Positions 61,701-64,000 of a DNA stretch of 64,000 bases are shown piece by piece. Under the pieces are notes generated by a model. The model had not been told where the DNA came from and made no database searches. It saw only the letters and a program-made list of their open reading frames with translations. The position numbers and the translations under genes are program-made. Position 1 is the stretch's first letter; each line of letters starts with the position of its first letter. Location: NCBI GenBank assembly GCA_008632985.1, contig QPGO01000105.1, positions 62,001-126,000 of the forward strand. Reading direction: 5' to 3'. The DNA is from Psammoneis japonica. Its lineage: Eukaryota.

Positions 61701-63114
61701 ATGTGGTCGTTAGAGTTGCTCTTGATTTTACTTTGGATTGAAGGCAAGAAACAAAGTGGGGTGGCAGGCGCAGCAGCAACGGAGGCGCGCCATGGGCTGC
61801 TGTGCTGTGCTGCACGCATGAAGACGGATCTCATGAATTGACATTGGTTGATTTGCTGAATCTTCAATTCCTCATGTGGACATCAAATTTGAGTGCATGA
61901 TTGTCTTCATCAACCAAAGTGAGCAATTCTTGGTCCATTGGCTGTGCTTCTGTGGGTCAGCCGTGTGGCCATGCTCCTCAGACGCGCAATGACCGTGTGG
62001 CATCTCAATGACTTTGACACACTGCTGGACCCTCGGTGGTGGATGGCAGATGCTGGATGACAGCAGATGGCAGATGGGTGGCAAATCATGGCAGATGGCA
62101 GGTGCATGGTGTGAGCTGAATTGCGGGGGTGCAGCTTTGCCATCAGAGGAGGGCCAAATCTGCATCAAAAGGCAGGAGGGGCAAAATCTCAATGCTTTCT
62201 CAAAGTCATTTTGAATCCCATGACTTCTTCCTCCAGACCACACCAGAAGCTGTTGAAACAAAGAGCAGTGCGTGGTTGCTTTTTCTTGACAATTTGTTCT
62301 GCCACACTCTGTGCCAGCCATGTGCCAGCAACAGGAGCTCACACCCATCTTTCACACAAATGGCATGACCATGCTTCATCCTCAAAAAGGGGGGTGATGC
62401 TGTGCTCTGTTTCTTCAACCCCACATTGTTTGATGTCACAACTTTGAGAGCCAAGGTGAGACATCTTTCATGCAGCTTGGCCACTTGACTCTTTTCTTGT
62501 TGTCGTCAGCGGGACAACTCACCTCCAACCATGAAATGGGCTGAGTTGGCAATTGTGTCCATCAGAGATCCAATGTTGACATCTGCAGACAATTTGGCTG
62601 ATTTTGCACACATTGGACTCAACTTCATGGGGCTGGCAGGGGTGAAAGCAGGGTCATGTTTTTGATGAACAAGGGGTTTGAGATGGAGGGCAAAGTGCGA
62701 AGCTGGGGTTTGCAAGCCAGCATTGGAAAGCAATGCACCCAAAAGCACTGAGAGCATGCTCCAGGATTTTTTGCATCTCAGCCCATCTCTGTGACTGCAA
62801 AGCATGCTTGCTTGTTGGCTGTTGCCCCAAGCAAAACCAAATTGTTGACATTTCACATTTTGGCTCAACTGCAGCAACCAGAGTCGCGCGACTCTCTGGC
62901 ATCAATTTGTTCAAATCCAAGCATCTGCACTTGATTGTTGCAACCTGAGTTCACACTCAGGTGCATTTCAAAGAATTCTTTGAAGCATTTGCATTTGAGG
63001 CTTTCATGCAGTGTGTTGCACACATCTGGTTGCCAGGGCAATTCAAAGAGTGAGAAGTTCACAAATCCACTTGGTCTGCTGTGTAAAGTGACTTGTGTGT
63101 TGCACTGTTCTTTT

Positions 63115-63504
63115 GACGCGTTCCAGGTCCAGGTGGGACCTCGCACTGCTGAACTGTGACATTGACAGTTTTTTGAATCACGTCGCATGTCATGCATGTA
63201 GATTTCTACGTGATTTTTTTGACATTTTGTGTCATTTTGCAGTGCACTTGTTGAGCGATCCATCCAACAACTTTTGACATTTTTTGTTGCAGCGCGATTC
63301 TACAGTGTCTTGAGAATTGTGCAGGGCAGGCGCATTTGCAAAAACGTTGAGCAGCAAGAGGCTCAATTGCACCACAAACTTGGCTGTTTGTTTGATGTTG
63401 AAGACAAACACATCCATCAATGAAGCTCTCGTGCTGCGGAGCTCGCACGTAGAATTCCATGGGCCCAATGTCACACGGAGTCCCACCCAGGACTGGAGCC
63501 CACC
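63115..63504. mobile_element. 390-bp MITE, hypermutated copy of 15820-16208
   Basis: Aligns end to end with 15820-16208; 4-bp TSD TTTT (63111-63114, 63505-63508). Differences are dominated by TA to TG/CA and CG to TG/CA. Confidence 0.92.
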
Positions 63505-64000
63505 TTTTCATGCTGCGGTGCTCCTGATCAAATTTCTCAGGAACTTTTGTGAGCAGTCTTTCTTTTTGGGGCTGCAACAACGCCGTTGCCAGCTGCTTTG
63601 GGCAAGCCTCAAAACCAACCCTTGTTACTGCCGATCAAACACGTCGCCATGGAAGTTTCTGTTTGTGTTCCTTGGCAATTGCCCCTTCAACAAATGTGTT
63701 GTCTCACCTGTCAACCTCACAGCATGTTGGCAAAGACAAAGAAATGGCTGCAGGATGGTGTGCCAAAGCCAAACACCAGCCCATCACCAAGCTCTGCATT
63801 GTCTTTGCTTGGCTTGTCCTTTTGCCACCCTCCTTGCTGGCACATCATCTGCATGAAACTCCTGGTTGCTGCTGCATTCCATGACAACCCAAACTGCAAT
63901 CTGCATGAACAGCTTGTGAGCAATGGGCACACTCTGCCAAGCTGCTCTTCTGACACGCCGCTGAGGCACAAGCAGCTCACAACACTCAAAGAGCCAAAGA

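Larger units (their letters stand above)
57610..64000. other. TpA-depleted (hypermutated) domain 4
   Basis: TA is rare; survivors are mostly tcta/taga/ttta/taaa (e.g. ggtctaaa, tcttagac, tctctagag, cgttagag, gtgtaaag). Confidence 0.9.

Noticed and set aside
62035..62110. Short GATGGCA-like repeats as a functional array
   Set aside because: Only a few degenerate copies within decayed DNA; no supporting structure.

Overview
Eukaryotic nuclear DNA, most likely a diatom or related ochrophyte. The evidence is short GT-AG introns, two bipartite plastid-targeting leaders ending in ...AF-VP, and MATH-BTB, ARM-MYND and ankyrin-type genes. Normal gene-bearing segments (about 16.8-21.9, 25.3-48.8 and 52.8-57.5 kb) alternate with four sharply bounded, repeat-rich domains (about 0.4-16.8, 21.9-25.0, 48.9-52.7 and 57.6-64 kb) in which the TpA dinucleotide is almost absent. 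Related copies inside the window show why: TA has become TG or CA, alongside CG to TG/CA, while TA in TAGA/TCTA and TAAA/TTTA contexts mostly survives. In two copies of one MITE, 24 of 29 TA sites and 13 of 29 CG sites changed this way (hand alignment). This looks like a transposon-directed hypermutation process opposite in direction to fungal RIP, and it is the main finding. The affected domains contain a CACTA/Plavaka-like element, a two-gene tyrosine-recombinase element, a family of 4-bp-TSD MITEs, a non-LTR remnant, a ~200-bp satellite with higher-order structure and an LRR pseudogene. Host genes include an ARM-MYND protein, a ~2700-aa putatively plastid-targeted repeat protein, a TPR protein, a CSP41a-like protein, an MFS transporter, an RCC1-HECT E3 ligase, a double-PHD protein and a MATH-BTB protein. 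Many genes after the N-gap carry frameshifts that look like assembly errors. All calls come from motif recognition by eye; no database searches were run.
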